Assembly: GCA_012729055.1 (NCBI GenBank)
Contig: JAAYDW010000011.1
Location: forward strand, 4,402-68,401
Direction of reading: 5' to 3'
Length of the DNA: 64,000 bases
DNA from: Deltaproteobacteria bacterium
GTDB lineage: Bacteria; Desulfobacterota; Syntrophia; Syntrophales; Smithellaceae
Below are positions 27,788-38,136 of this stretch, one piece after another. Positions within the stretch are counted from its first letter, which is position 1. The number at the start of each line of letters is the position of its first letter. A model generated the notes under the pieces. That model searched no databases, had not been told where the DNA came from, and was given only the letters and a program-made list of their open reading frames with translations. The translations under genes were made by a program, and so were the position numbers.

Positions 27788-29095
27788 ATGATCTACAATG
27801 AAGAATTCGAAACCCTGCCCCGGGAGGCCCTGGAAGCCCTGCAACTCAAAAGGCTCAAACAGGTCGCCGAACGGCTCTATCATAACGTCGGTTTTTACAA
27901 AAAGTCCTTCGACAAGGCAAGCGTGACGCCGGACAGTCTGAAAAGCCTCGACGATCTGCGGCGGTTTCCCTTCACCACCAAGCAGGATTTGCGCGACAAT
28001 TACCCCTTCGGCCTGTTTGCCACGCCGATGAGCAACGTTGTGCGCCTGCACGCCTCGTCCGGCACCACCGGCGCATCCACCGTCGTCGGCTACACGAAGC
28101 GCGATATCGACACCTGGGCGGAGCTCATGGGCCGCTGCTTTGTGGCCGCGGGCCTCACGAAAAATGACATCATCCACAACGCCTACGGATACGGCCTCTT
28201 CACCGGCGGCCTGGGCGCCCATTACGGCGCGGAGAAAATCGGAGCCAGCGTCGTGCCGATGTCCGGCGGAAACACCAAGCGGCAGATCATGATTTTACAG
28301 GACTTCCGGCCCACCGCCATCTGCTGTACGCCGTCTTACGCGCTCAACCTGGCCGAACAGGGCCGCGCCATGGGCTTGGATATGCATTCGCTCGCGCTGC
28401 GCGTGGGCGTTTTCGGCGCGGAACCCTGGAGCGAACAGATGCGGATCGAAATCGAAAAGGCGCTCAATCTGACGGCCATGAACATCTACGGCCTGTCCGA
28501 AATCATGGGGCCGGGCGTGGCCATGGAATGCGCCGAGGCGCGCGACGGCATGCACATCTTTGAAGATCATTTCCTAGTGGAAACCATCAATCCCCAAACC
28601 GGCGAGGTTCTGCCGGTCGGCTCCGAGGGCGAACTGGTCTTCACCACGCTCACCAAGGAAGCCTTTCCGCTCATCCGCTACCGGACGCGCGACATCTCGC
28701 GGCTCAACCCCGCGCCTTGCCGCTGCGGACGGACCCACGTGCGCATGGACCGCGTCATGGGCCGCAGCGACGACATGCTCATCATCCGCGGCGTCAACGT
28801 GTTCCCCTCGCAAATCGAAGCCGTGCTCGTGGGCATCAAGGGCCTGGAACCGCACTACTCGCTGGTCGTGGACCGCGAAGGAACACTCGACACGCTGGAG
28901 GTGCAGGTCGAGCTTTCCGAAAAGCAGGCCGAAAACTTCGACGAGGTCAAGGTCTTGCAGAAGCTGGAAAGCCAGCTGAAAAAAGATCTGAAAGACTACC
29001 TGGGCATCACCGCCAAGGTCAAACTCGTCGAACCGCGCACCATCCAGCGCTTCGAAGGCAAGGCCAGCCGGGTCATCGACCGAAGAAAAATGTGA
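27788..29095 (+). CDS. paaK: Phenylacetate-CoA ligase
   Basis: [65 protein letters not shown]. Confidence 0.93.
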   Translation: MIYNEEFETLPREALEALQLKRLKQVAERLYHNVGFYKKSFDKASVTPDSLKSLDDLRRFPFTTKQDLRDNYPFGLFATPMSNVVRLHASSGTTGASTVVGYTKRDIDTWAELMGRCFVAAGLTKNDIIHNAYGYGLFTGGLGAHYGAEKIGASVVPMSGGNTKRQIMILQDFRPTAICCTPSYALNLAEQGRAMGLDMHSLALRVGVFGAEPWSEQMRIEIEKALNLTAMNIYGLSEIMGPGVAMECAEARDGMHIFEDHFLVETINPQTGEVLPVGSEGELVFTTLTKEAFPLIRYRTRDISRLNPAPCRCGRTHVRMDRVMGRSDDMLIIRGVNVFPSQIEAVLVGIKGLEPHYSLVVDREGTLDTLEVQVELSEKQAENFDEVKVLQKLESQLKKDLKDYLGITAKVKLVEPRTIQRFEGKASRVIDRRKM

Positions 29096-29167
29096 CGGGT
29101 GAATCGTGGATGGTGAACAGCTCGCGGCTCATGGTTCGCAGCTGATGGCTGATAGATCATGGGCCTC

Positions 29168-29198
29168 TGCAGGGAACGGTTTCCAATCCTTCCCCGCA
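29168..29198. repeat. Degenerate REP-like palindrome (TGCAGGGAACGG...CCTTCCCCGCA)
   Basis: Shares its left arm with the perfect palindrome at 63540-63569. Confidence 0.6.
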
Positions 29199-29247
29199 CT
29201 TCACCATGCCATATCCATCTTGGGCTGTGAGCCGTTACAGGAGCCTC

Positions 29248-30671
29248 GTGGACGAGTACCTCATTGAAAACCCCCAGCGGCAAAACATCCTGATTGCGCT
29301 CATCTGCGCGGGGGCGTTTATCGCCAACCTCGACGCCACCATCGTCAACATCACCCTGCCCGTTCTCTCGCGGGATTTTCCGTCTGCCCCGGCAGCGTTT
29401 CCTGGACGGTCCTGGCCTATCTGCTTTTTGAAGCCGGCTTCATGCTGCCCATGGGAAAGCTCGCCGACATGAAAGGCATCAAGAAGGTTTACCTCGCCGG
29501 TTTCGTCATTTTCTTTCTGGGATCTCTGGCCTGCGGCGTCTCCGTGAATCTCGGCCGGCTTGTGGCCTTTCGCGCTTTTCAGGGAATCGGCGGAGCGATG
29601 CTCTTCACGGTCATGATGTCTTTTATTCCCATTTACCTGCCGCCGCAAAGGCGCGTTTTCGCCACCGGACTCGTCACAACAGCCGCGGCGGCGGGCGTGG
29701 GCCTGGGACCGCCGCTGGGCGGCTGGCTGGTCACAACCTTCGGCTGGCGCTGGATTTTTTTCGTGAACCTTCCCTTTTGCGCGGCCGCCGTTGCCGCCGG
29801 ATGCCGCTTTTTGCCGTCCGCCTTTCCGCTTTCGGTCGACAAGCGGTTTGACTTTGCCGGCGCGGTCCTCTCCTTTCTGGCGTTCGTCTTTCTTCTTTTC
29901 GCCGTCAATAAAGGACTGGAGTGGGGCTGGACGTCGCCCGCCATCCTCGCCTGTTTTTGCGCTTCGGGACTGACGCTCGCCCTGTTTATCAGGCGGCAGA
30001 AAAAGACCGACTATCCGCTCGTTGATTTCCGGCTGTTTCGCAATCGTGTCATTTCGTTCGGTCTGCTTTCGGTCAGCATCAGTCTGCTGACGATGGGGGG
30101 GATTTTGTTTCTGTTTCCGTTTTATCTCATCGAAGGACGGGGCCTCGACGCGCACAGCGCGGGATTGATCATGGTGCTTGTGTCCGCGGGAAGTTTCGCC
30201 GGTCCTTGCACGGGGCGCCTTGCGGATCGGTTCGGCGCGGTGCGGGTGTGATACGCGGGTCTCGCTCTCGGCGTGGCGTCGTTTGTCCTGTTTCTGGGCC
30301 TGGGGCACGACAGCCCGCTTCTTGATATCGGCCTTGCCCTGGGCCTGTTCGGCCTGTCGCAGGGATTGAGCAAAGCGCCTTCCATCGCTCTCATCATGAA
30401 CGCCGCGCCTCCCGATGCAAAAAACGACCTGGCGGGCATCTTGAGCCTCTGCCGGAGCCTTTCCATCGCGCTGGGCGTCCTGTTTTTCGAAACCATCTTT
30501 TCCGAAGCGATTCCCGCCGGCATCTCGCAAAACGACACGCACATCGCGGCCGCAATCACGCATCCGCGGGAACTGGCCGCGGGATTCACAGGCGATTTTG
30601 TTTTCGGAATCCTGGCAAGCCTCCTGGCCGTCGGTTTTATGATCGCGGCAAGAAACAAACCTCCGGCGTAA
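29248..30671 (+). pseudogene. DHA2-type MFS transporter, disrupted
   Basis: FIANLDATIVNITLP, GKLADMKG, FRAFQGIGG, GPPLGGWL..GWRWIFFVNLP. Frameshift near 29376-29380 and in-frame TGA at 30249-30251. Confidence 0.85.
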
Positions 30672-30730
30672 TCCCGGCCGCCGGGCCCTGCGGAACAGGA
30701 GCCGGATTCCGGGCATACGCGCGCCGGAAC

Positions 30731-31534
30731 CTAATCAGCCGCTTTTTTGTCGCGCATGCGGCGCTGGATTTGTTTTTTGATTTCATCGAGCTTCTTCTTG
30801 ATCTTCACCGCGTCGGCAGCGCCGATGCGCATGAGGATTTTCTGGCCGGACGACCGGGCCTCCAGATTCGGGTCGGCATACAGATAAAAAACACCGGGAC
30901 GAACGAGCCGGACCGGTTTTGAGGAAAGCGGAGCAGACAACAGGTCGTCAATGGCCATCAGCAGGCGGTCGTTAAAGTATTTGCCGGGATACCCCATTTC
31001 CTCGTAGGCCTGCTGAAACAAGGGATAGAACCGGACATAGATGTCCGCGAGCTTGCCGGCGTTGACGGCTTCGGCAAATGCGACATATCCGGAATAACGG
31101 GCGGCATTTTGGGGACTGATGATCCAGGCGTCCTGCGACCCTTCGACGAGAAAGGCGCCGGCCGCCCGCCGGACCGGTACGACGACAACCGGCAGTTTCT
31201 TGCGGGGCAGGTTGTCGACAACAGCGACAAACTTGTGAATGAGTCGCGTGCCGTAGAAAAATTTCATCACTCTTTCTGAGCCCAGCATGCCTGCCAGAGC
31301 GTCCAGAATAACCTGATCGCTTTCGGCCAGGGAAGGCAAAGCTTCCCGTTCCGGAGGTTCTTCAAGAACTTGCTGCAAAACCGGCCCTGGTTCTGCCGGC
31401 GCGGCCGGCAATACAGGAATCTCCACCACCGCCGGCTGCGGTTTGGGCGATTGTTGATGCAGGTACAGATAGACGGCGACACCGGCCGCCAAAATCACAA
31501 CGGCCGACAAAACCATCAAAACATTTTTTTTCAT
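30731..31534 (-). CDS. DUF3014 family protein
   Basis: N-terminal TM, LPSLAESD, YPLFQQAYEEMGYP..YFNDRL, YADPNLE..S.GQK.LMR.G. Confidence 0.85.
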   Translation of the reverse strand: MKKNVLMVLSAVVILAAGVAVYLYLHQQSPKPQPAVVEIPVLPAAPAEPGPVLQQVLEEPPEREALPSLAESDQVILDALAGMLGSERVMKFFYGTRLIHKFVAVVDNLPRKKLPVVVVPVRRAAGAFLVEGSQDAWIISPQNAARYSGYVAFAEAVNAGKLADIYVRFYPLFQQAYEEMGYPGKYFNDRLLMAIDDLLSAPLSSKPVRLVRPGVFYLYADPNLEARSSGQKILMRIGAADAVKIKKKLDEIKKQIQRRMRDKKAAD

Positions 31535-31718
31535 CAGGCACCTCCCTTAATCTTCGCGCCGTCTTGTCTATGGCGCTTTTATTTTGAGATCCGCCCGTCC
31601 CTGCGCCCTCTGCCGAAAACCTGATTGAATAAACGGGATCCCTTCACGAACATGATAAAAAATGACGAGCGTGGATGTCAAGCCCTTCCGGATGCAGCCC
31701 TTCCGAATACGGATCGCT

Positions 31719-33551
31719 TCAATAATTTATCGTTTTCTGCACATCGCGGACAATCCGGGCCGCGTCTTCGTAGCAGCTTTTTCCAAAGGGCATGATGAGG
31801 TAGAGGCCTGCCGCTTCCCGGGCCATCGCCGCCGCCAGTTCGCCCGCGCTTTCCAGTCCGAAGCGGCGCTGATCTTCAGGCGACTCGTAGCGCTCAAATT
31901 CCGTCGCGATTTCCCGGGGCACGACGATGCCCGGAATCCGGCCGCCGGCCAGAAATGCCGCGTTGCGCCGGCTCGTAAGCGGCATCACGCCGGGCAAAAG
32001 ACGGATCGGCAATCCCGCCAGAGCGTCTCGCAGACGGCGGAAATCCCCGACCGTAAAGACGGGCTGGGAAAAGACGAACTCGGCGCCCGCGTCGATCTTG
32101 GCTTTAAGCCATTTGATCTGCGGGGGAATGGGTCTCGCGATCGCGCAGCCGGCGCAGAAATCCGGCGGATCGGCCAGCCCCTCGCCGTTGATGATCCGGC
32201 CTTCGCGCAAACTGCGGAGAAGCCGCAGCAGTTCCACCGATGAGCGCACATCCGTCACGCGCTGCGCCAGACTGCCCAGATGCCCCATGGACGGCGCGTC
32301 GCCCGTCACCGCTAAAAGCCCCCGGAGGCCCAGATCCCAGCCGCCGATGAGCGAGGAGTGCAGGCGCATCAGGTTGGACTGCGTCACGCCCAGGTGGCAG
32401 ATGGCAGGGATGCCCAAAGCGGACTGGAGGCGGGCGGCGGTGACCATCGCGTCGCGCCCGACCGTGGCGCCGGGATTGTCCGGAACGTCGAAGAGATCCG
32501 CTCCGGCTTCGGCCACAATGGCCGCGCCCTGCACGATATTGTCGAGCGACCTTGTGCGCTCGGCGCGGATTTCCACGCTGATGACAAAGCGTTTCCCGGC
32601 CATAAGCGCGCGGACGGGATTCGCTGCCTCGGCTTTCATTGCGGAAACGGCTGGCAGCGGCCGGGCGATGGCGGCCGGACGCGGACGCGGCGCAACCGCG
32701 CGTCCCCCGAGCGCCGCGGACAGTTTGCGGATGTGGTCCGGCGTGGTGCCGCAGCAGCCGCCGATCACCGCCGCGCCGGCATCCGCGAGCGTAAGCGCAA
32801 ACGCGGCAAAGTCGTCCGGTGAAAATTCGTAGGTAACGGCGCCGCGTTCGATCTGCGGATGCCCGGCGTTGGCCGAGGCGGTAACGGGCCAATCGGTGTG
32901 CACCGCAAGATAGGAGGCCACGCGGACGATTTCGTTCGGATGGCGGCAGTTGACGCCCACCGCGGCGACATTCGCCCGGCGCGCCTCGTCGAGCAGCCGG
33001 TCCACGCGTTCCCATCTCTGCCCTCCCCCGCCGGTATTGCCGATCTGGAAAATGACGGGCCGTCCCGTCGCGGCGGCCGCGGCCAGGGCTGCCTTGGCTT
33101 CGCGCGGCTCCACAAACGTCTCCAGAAGCAGCGCATCGGCTTCGACAAGCGCAAGGCACTGGCGGCGGTAGATCTCCTCGAGGGCCTCATCGGGATAATC
33201 CTCCAGGCGAAGCCCCAGACCGAGCGGCCCGATTGAGGCCCAGACCAGGCATTCCTTGCCGCCCGACTCTCTGGCCAGGGCGACTCCCGTGCGGTTCACG
33301 TCGTCGCACAGATCGCCCGCGCCGGTCTCTTCCAGGGCCAGCGCCTGGGCTGCAAACGTATTGGTCACGAGAATCTGCGAACCCGCGTCCCGGTAAGCGG
33401 CGTGCAGGCTCCGGACCAGCGCCGGCTCGCGGAGGTTCAGCAGTTCCACCGGTTCGTCGCTTCTGCCGCCGGCTTTGCGCAGGCAGGTTCCGATCGCCCC
33501 GCTGCCGATCAGCACGGTGCGTCCGAGGGCTTTTGCAATATTCGATTGCAT
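31719..33551 (-). CDS. Bifunctional homocysteine S-methyltransferase / methylenetetrahydrofolate reductase (YitJ-like)
   Basis: AGSQILVTNTF, GVNC, IGGCCGTTPDHI; C-terminal VPDNP, AVTGD, KIDAGAEFVFSQPVF. Confidence 0.88.
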   Translation of the reverse strand: MQSNIAKALGRTVLIGSGAIGTCLRKAGGRSDEPVELLNLREPALVRSLHAAYRDAGSQILVTNTFAAQALALEETGAGDLCDDVNRTGVALARESGGKECLVWASIGPLGLGLRLEDYPDEALEEIYRRQCLALVEADALLLETFVEPREAKAALAAAAATGRPVIFQIGNTGGGGQRWERVDRLLDEARRANVAAVGVNCRHPNEIVRVASYLAVHTDWPVTASANAGHPQIERGAVTYEFSPDDFAAFALTLADAGAAVIGGCCGTTPDHIRKLSAALGGRAVAPRPRPAAIARPLPAVSAMKAEAANPVRALMAGKRFVISVEIRAERTRSLDNIVQGAAIVAEAGADLFDVPDNPGATVGRDAMVTAARLQSALGIPAICHLGVTQSNLMRLHSSLIGGWDLGLRGLLAVTGDAPSMGHLGSLAQRVTDVRSSVELLRLLRSLREGRIINGEGLADPPDFCAGCAIARPIPPQIKWLKAKIDAGAEFVFSQPVFTVGDFRRLRDALAGLPIRLLPGVMPLTSRRNAAFLAGGRIPGIVVPREIATEFERYESPEDQRRFGLESAGELAAAMAREAAGLYLIMPFGKSCYEDAARIVRDVQKTINY

Positions 33552-33916
33552 ATCCTTCTCCTTACCGGGAAATTGCCGGCCGCAATTGCCGCCGGTTTTG
33601 TCCTCTTTATATCACATCGGTGAAATTTTTGAATGGCGGAGGCGGAGGCAACGATTTTCTTTATTCAGCGCCGACCCGCAGCAATGACCTATGCTGTCGG
33701 AAAAGGGAAGATGATTGTTGAGCGCAACTCATCCCTGATGGAATGAAGTCGAGTGATATTTTGAAGAACGCCCGCTTTTCACGAACTGATAGAAATAAGT
33801 TACGACGAATAAGGACAAATGATCAAGATCTTGAATCATCTGTTTTCATAAGTCAAATGGCATTTTTTGTAAGGACACTCGTTTATGATATGCTGTCGAT
33901 AATCCCTTCTGTGTGC

Positions 33917-35428
33917 CTAATTGACGCTTACCTTCGTACTCCAGTAATCCAGGATCATGACCCCGGGGTCATCTTCCATGGTATCACAGGTCGCCGCAGG
34001 ATATTGAACAGCCAAGGTCATGAATGGCCGCTCCCGCGAAGGCGGGATGAAGGGCACGTCGACGTCTTTTTGAACGTTGCACCGGAAGTGGTCCTGGTTG
34101 CCGAAGAAGAAGTTCTGAAAAGCCTTCTTGTCCTGATCGCTCACGTCGGTCAGGTATCCGACCATATCCGCGGCGGTGGGATCAACAGGGATCCAACCGT
34201 AATTGGGCAGATAGAATTCAGCCCAGAAGTGGCCGCTCAAGTTCCCCGTGAAGAGCTGCCATCCCCCGGTCGTGCGCGCGGGGATGCCCACGGAACGGCA
34301 TAAGGCGCTGAAATACATGGACTGGGCGCCGCAATCGCCGTAACGGTTGCGATGGACATACGCGGATTCCGGCTCGCCGCGCGGCCAGAGAGCCAAATGA
34401 GGCATGAAGCTATATGTCACAGTGGACAGGAGGTAGTCATAGAGTTTTTTCGCTGCGCGGTAAGGGTTGGTTTCGCCTCCAATCACGGTTTGCGCAGTCT
34501 GGCGGATCTCATCGGTCACGGCAATGTTTCCGTAGGAAGCCGTATATCTCAAATAGAGATCACTCTCGCGGTCGTACGCCCCCACTCTATCCGGATCGAT
34601 CTGAAACCATTGCTCATAGTGGTCAAAGGTGAAGCGGATAACAATATTGAGGTCCTGCGTCAGTTCGGCCAGCGGAACCTCCATGTAAATCAATCCGATA
34701 TCCTGGTCGATGGAAGGAGATCCTTTCACATAGGTCATCGGCGTTATGGAAAGTACGGAAACATTTCTCTGCGGGCCCGTGACGATGGGGATGGGAAACC
34801 ACAACTTCAAGATGCCGCCGGCGGGCAATTTTCCCCGGGGAACGGCAAGCGTACAGGTCGCCGTGTAGGATATCGGCCTGATGAAGGGCTGCCAGGGATC
34901 GGCGCCTGGACCGGCATCCATGATCTGCTTGAGAAGCTTGTAGTGATCTTCGTAACCTTTGTACATTTTCGCGTCCTGGCGAAAGAGATCGACGTTCCGG
35001 AATTTGACGTTGGAAACAAAATCCGCAAAAAAGCGCGCTTCGCCGTCGATCACGGTGCTCTCCAATTTTCCCTGGGTGATCCAGGCCTCTCGCTCTTCCG
35101 GCATCACCTGCGGGAAGGCATCGGCCAGCATCGCCCGCGTCTCGTCGAGACGGTAGGGGTACTGAGCCTTGATAAGCTGGATATCCCGCAGGCTGTTGAG
35201 GCATTCCAGCGCATCGTCATTGTTCCCTTCGTTCGTCAGCAGCGTCCGCGCCTGCCGGTAAAGACCTGTAGCCGTGGTAAACTCGCCTCGTGCCTTGGCC
35301 TGCCTGGCCAGGGTAAGCATCACGGTCCCCGGAGACACCGTCGGCAAATCACTTCCGCTGCAGGCCGCAACAACCAGCACAAAGACCAAAAGTCCGACAA
35401 CGGACATCTTCATCCAAGATGCATGCAT
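33917..35428 (-). CDS. Transglutaminase-like lipoprotein (start codon uncertain)
   Basis: Lipobox VAAC; triad motifs GDCG, HFWAEFY, WIPVDPT. Confidence 0.85.
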   Translation of the reverse strand: MHASWMKMSVVGLLVFVLVVAACSGSDLPTVSPGTVMLTLARQAKARGEFTTATGLYRQARTLLTNEGNNDDALECLNSLRDIQLIKAQYPYRLDETRAMLADAFPQVMPEEREAWITQGKLESTVIDGEARFFADFVSNVKFRNVDLFRQDAKMYKGYEDHYKLLKQIMDAGPGADPWQPFIRPISYTATCTLAVPRGKLPAGGILKLWFPIPIVTGPQRNVSVLSITPMTYVKGSPSIDQDIGLIYMEVPLAELTQDLNIVIRFTFDHYEQWFQIDPDRVGAYDRESDLYLRYTASYGNIAVTDEIRQTAQTVIGGETNPYRAAKKLYDYLLSTVTYSFMPHLALWPRGEPESAYVHRNRYGDCGAQSMYFSALCRSVGIPARTTGGWQLFTGNLSGHFWAEFYLPNYGWIPVDPTAADMVGYLTDVSDQDKKAFQNFFFGNQDHFRCNVQKDVDVPFIPPSRERPFMTLAVQYPAATCDTMEDDPGVMILDYWSTKVSVN

Positions 35429-35505
35429 GGCCGTACCCTCGCTCGCTTTTTTCAATAGACAAATTGATAACTGAATCGATAAGTGCTTCTTTTAAATTGA
35501 AGCGG

Positions 35506-35534
35506 ATTATAGGAGGCGGGATATGCGATGTCAA
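35506..35534 (-). promoter_or_regulatory. Consensus sigma70 promoter TTGACA-N17-TATAAT
   Basis: Reverse complement of ATTATA (35506-35511) ... TGTCAA (35529-35534). Confidence 0.75.
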
Positions 35535-35881
35535 GGCGATTCTTGCGATTCTTGCCGGCGAATTTTCTCAAATAAAATGTCACTGAAGAAGGAGCTAAAA
35601 GAATTATGTTGCCGCCTAAACCGATGTTACTGAGAAGAGAATCAGAAACAAAAGGGTAAGGGATCAGGTCTGCTTTTGACCTTTAATACCGAGATCTGTC
35701 TCTTTGCATAGATTCCGATCATGAGCGATACACTTTCGCCAGAAAATACGCACGCCAAAACCGATAACTTAAGTTAACGACAGACCCCTTTGTTACTTTG
35801 TTACCGATTGAGATTTTGAGGTACGCCCGTTATCCCCTCGCACATTGTCACAGCGTCCCTATGTTTCCCCGATAAGACGAA

Positions 35882-35912
35882 AGGCTGAAGCGCGAATGAT
35901 GCGCTTCAGCCT
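35882..35912 (-). terminator. Hairpin terminator downstream of the acyl-CoA dehydrogenase gene
   Basis: AGGCTGAAGCGC-gaatgat-GCGCTTCAGCCT, 12-bp stem. Confidence 0.7.
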
Positions 35913-35925
35913 CTTTGTCATTTTT

Positions 35926-36072
35926 CTGGATTCCCGCCTAATACCCTAATACCCTAATACCCTAAAGGGCACGAGAGGGCACACCAAGTCACCACCCTGT
36001 GGGGGGCACGGCAGGGCGGCATGACGAGGTAAAGAATTCACCCTCCCTGAATCCCTCCCAGCAAGGGAGGGA
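35926..36072. repeat. Composite cluster of short palindromic elements
   Basis: CTGGATTCCCGCC [(TAATACCC)x3, three GGGCAC motifs] GCGGCATGAC, then a CCCTCCC-agcaa-GGGAGGG hairpin. Confidence 0.7.
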
Positions 36073-36125
36073 CCTTCCGGCCTCGGAACGATTAAAAACC
36101 GTTTCCTACAAATCGCAAGCTCCCC

Positions 36126-37952
36126 CTACATGAAGCTTTCTTCCGGGATGTCGATCGCGCTGCGGTCGCCGTACTTCATGGTCTTCAGATATCCGAAGAT
36201 ATCGGGAACATGATTCATGACGTAGAACCGGGCGGTGGCGATTTTCCCCTTGTAGAAGTCGGCGTCGATCTCGCCTTTTTCTTTCATCTTTGCCGCCGCC
36301 AGAAGCGCCTGGTCGAGCAAGAGCATGCCGCAGTAGACTCTCGCGCCGGCATGCAGGGTCCGGGTGGCAAAAAGTTGTTTCATCTGCTTGTCGCCCTTTG
36401 TCCAGGCGTCGTTCATGTTGACGATCTCCTTGAACGCCGTCATGGCTTCCGCCATCATTGCAAATTCCGTTGCGAATTCGTCCGTCTTTTTATTGGCGAC
36501 AAATTCGTCGATTTCCGCCACCCACTTTTTGAACGGCGCGCCGTCCTTCATGGTGAACTTGCGGCCGGTGTAATCCTGAGCCTGGATGAAGTTCGTGCCT
36601 TCCCAGATTCCGTAAATCACCACATCCCGGTACAGCTCCGCCGGGGCGTACTCTTCCGTGAAGCCGTAGCCGCCGTGGCACTGGATGGCGTCGCCGGTGG
36701 TAAGCCGCGCCATGTCGGAGGTGTAGGCCTTGCACATGGGGTTGTTGATGGCAAACATGTCATCATAATATTCCCGCTCTTCGGGCGTGGCGGCGTCGAC
36801 CGCCAGGTCGCGATAGAGATAGGACTTGTAAATGAGCGCCCGGCAGGCCTCCAGAATGGACTTCTGGGACAAAAGCATGCGGCGGACGTCTTCGTGTTCG
36901 ATGATCCGGACGCTGGGGCCCTTGGGGTTGGTGGAATGCTTGCTCTGCACGCGCAGTTTGGCATAATCCAATGCGGCATAGTAGGCGGAGCCGATGCAGC
37001 CCAGCGAGAACAATCCCGTGTTCAGGCGCTCCTCGTTCATATAGGCAAACATCTGCTTCATGCCGATGCCGCGTCCGTCTTTCACTTCCGCTTCGCCCAC
37101 CATCCAGCCGTAGCAGTTGTCGTTTTCCCCCATGGAGAGGGTGGCGGTGGTCGAGCCGTGAATGCCCAACTTGTGCTCGATGCCCATGGTGGTGACGTCG
37201 TTCCAGGCGCCCAGCGAGCCGTCCTCGTTGACCCAGAACTTGGGCACGATGAAAAGCGATATGCCGGCGGTGCCTTCTTTGGCGCCCGGCGTCTTGGCCA
37301 GCATCAGATGGATGATGTTTTCGGCCAGGTCATGATCGCCCGATGAGATGAAGCATTTCGTTCCGGTGAGTTTATACTTGCCGGGCGTGTCTGTGGGAAA
37401 CGCCTTGCTCTGCACCGCGCCGACTTCGGAGCCCGCGCCCGGTTCGGTAAGCCCCATGGTGCCGCCCCATTCGCCGGTGCGCAGTTTGGGAATGAACAGG
37501 TCCTGCTGTTTTTGCGTGGCAAATTCATGAAGCACGGTGATCGCGCCCTGCGTCAGGCACCAGAACATGACGATCGACGGCGACGCGGCGGACTGCATCT
37601 CCAGAATCGGAGCGTACCAGCACAGCGGGATTTTGCCTTCGCCGCGGTAGCCGAACTGAGGGCCGAGTTCCGCATCCATAATGGTTTTATAAACACTCTT
37701 GAACGAGTCGGGGGTCACCACCGCACGTTCATTGCCGCCCACAAATTTCGCGCCGGGTTCATCGGCGTCTTTGTTGGCCGGACACATCACGTCGCGGCAA
37801 ACCTTGAAGTTGACATCGAGGAAACTGTCGATGTCGTCCATCCCGTAGTAATCCTTATAAGCGTCAAGGCCCAGGAGCTTTTCCACTCCGAGCCATTCTT
37901 TGATCTGGAACATGATGTCCCGCGTCTGATACAACCAATTACTGTGAGCCAT
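36126..37952 (-). CDS. Acyl-CoA dehydrogenase (long, ~600-aa type)
   Basis: GTMGLTEPGAGS, GTKCFIS.G, IEHKLGIHGS, MNEERL, QCHGGYGF, IWEGTN. Confidence 0.95.
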   Translation of the reverse strand: MAHSNWLYQTRDIMFQIKEWLGVEKLLGLDAYKDYYGMDDIDSFLDVNFKVCRDVMCPANKDADEPGAKFVGGNERAVVTPDSFKSVYKTIMDAELGPQFGYRGEGKIPLCWYAPILEMQSAASPSIVMFWCLTQGAITVLHEFATQKQQDLFIPKLRTGEWGGTMGLTEPGAGSEVGAVQSKAFPTDTPGKYKLTGTKCFISSGDHDLAENIIHLMLAKTPGAKEGTAGISLFIVPKFWVNEDGSLGAWNDVTTMGIEHKLGIHGSTTATLSMGENDNCYGWMVGEAEVKDGRGIGMKQMFAYMNEERLNTGLFSLGCIGSAYYAALDYAKLRVQSKHSTNPKGPSVRIIEHEDVRRMLLSQKSILEACRALIYKSYLYRDLAVDAATPEEREYYDDMFAINNPMCKAYTSDMARLTTGDAIQCHGGYGFTEEYAPAELYRDVVIYGIWEGTNFIQAQDYTGRKFTMKDGAPFKKWVAEIDEFVANKKTDEFATEFAMMAEAMTAFKEIVNMNDAWTKGDKQMKQLFATRTLHAGARVYCGMLLLDQALLAAAKMKEKGEIDADFYKGKIATARFYVMNHVPDIFGYLKTMKYGDRSAIDIPEESFM

Positions 37953-38136
37953 ATTGAACTCCTCCTAAATGAAAATTAAAGGCGAAAAATGAGAATCCTT
38001 GTCTCTGCAAACACACAGCTCACTTTTTCAGATGCGTGTTCATGCCCCCTGCCGGAGCATTGATGAAGGCACTTCATTTACTGCCGTTAAACGTTACTGT
38101 CGCGTCCGCCTCTTTTCGGCAAAAGCGTGCGTCGCG

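Noticed and set aside
30249-30251. In-frame TGA as possible selenocysteine
   Set aside because: It lies at a TM boundary of an MFS transporter with no redox motif, and the gene also has a frameshift.
33743-34303. 186-aa + strand ORF in AT-rich DNA
   Set aside because: Mostly antisense to the transglutaminase gene, with no motifs.
35655-35790. GGGATCAGGTCTGCTTTTGAC ... CAGACCCC as a transposon remnant
   Set aside because: It resembles the ends of small IS200/REP-type elements, but there is no transposase trace or target duplication to support a call.
35939-36010. Possible CRISPR-like array
   Set aside because: Units are 8 bp without spacers, and no cas genes are present.
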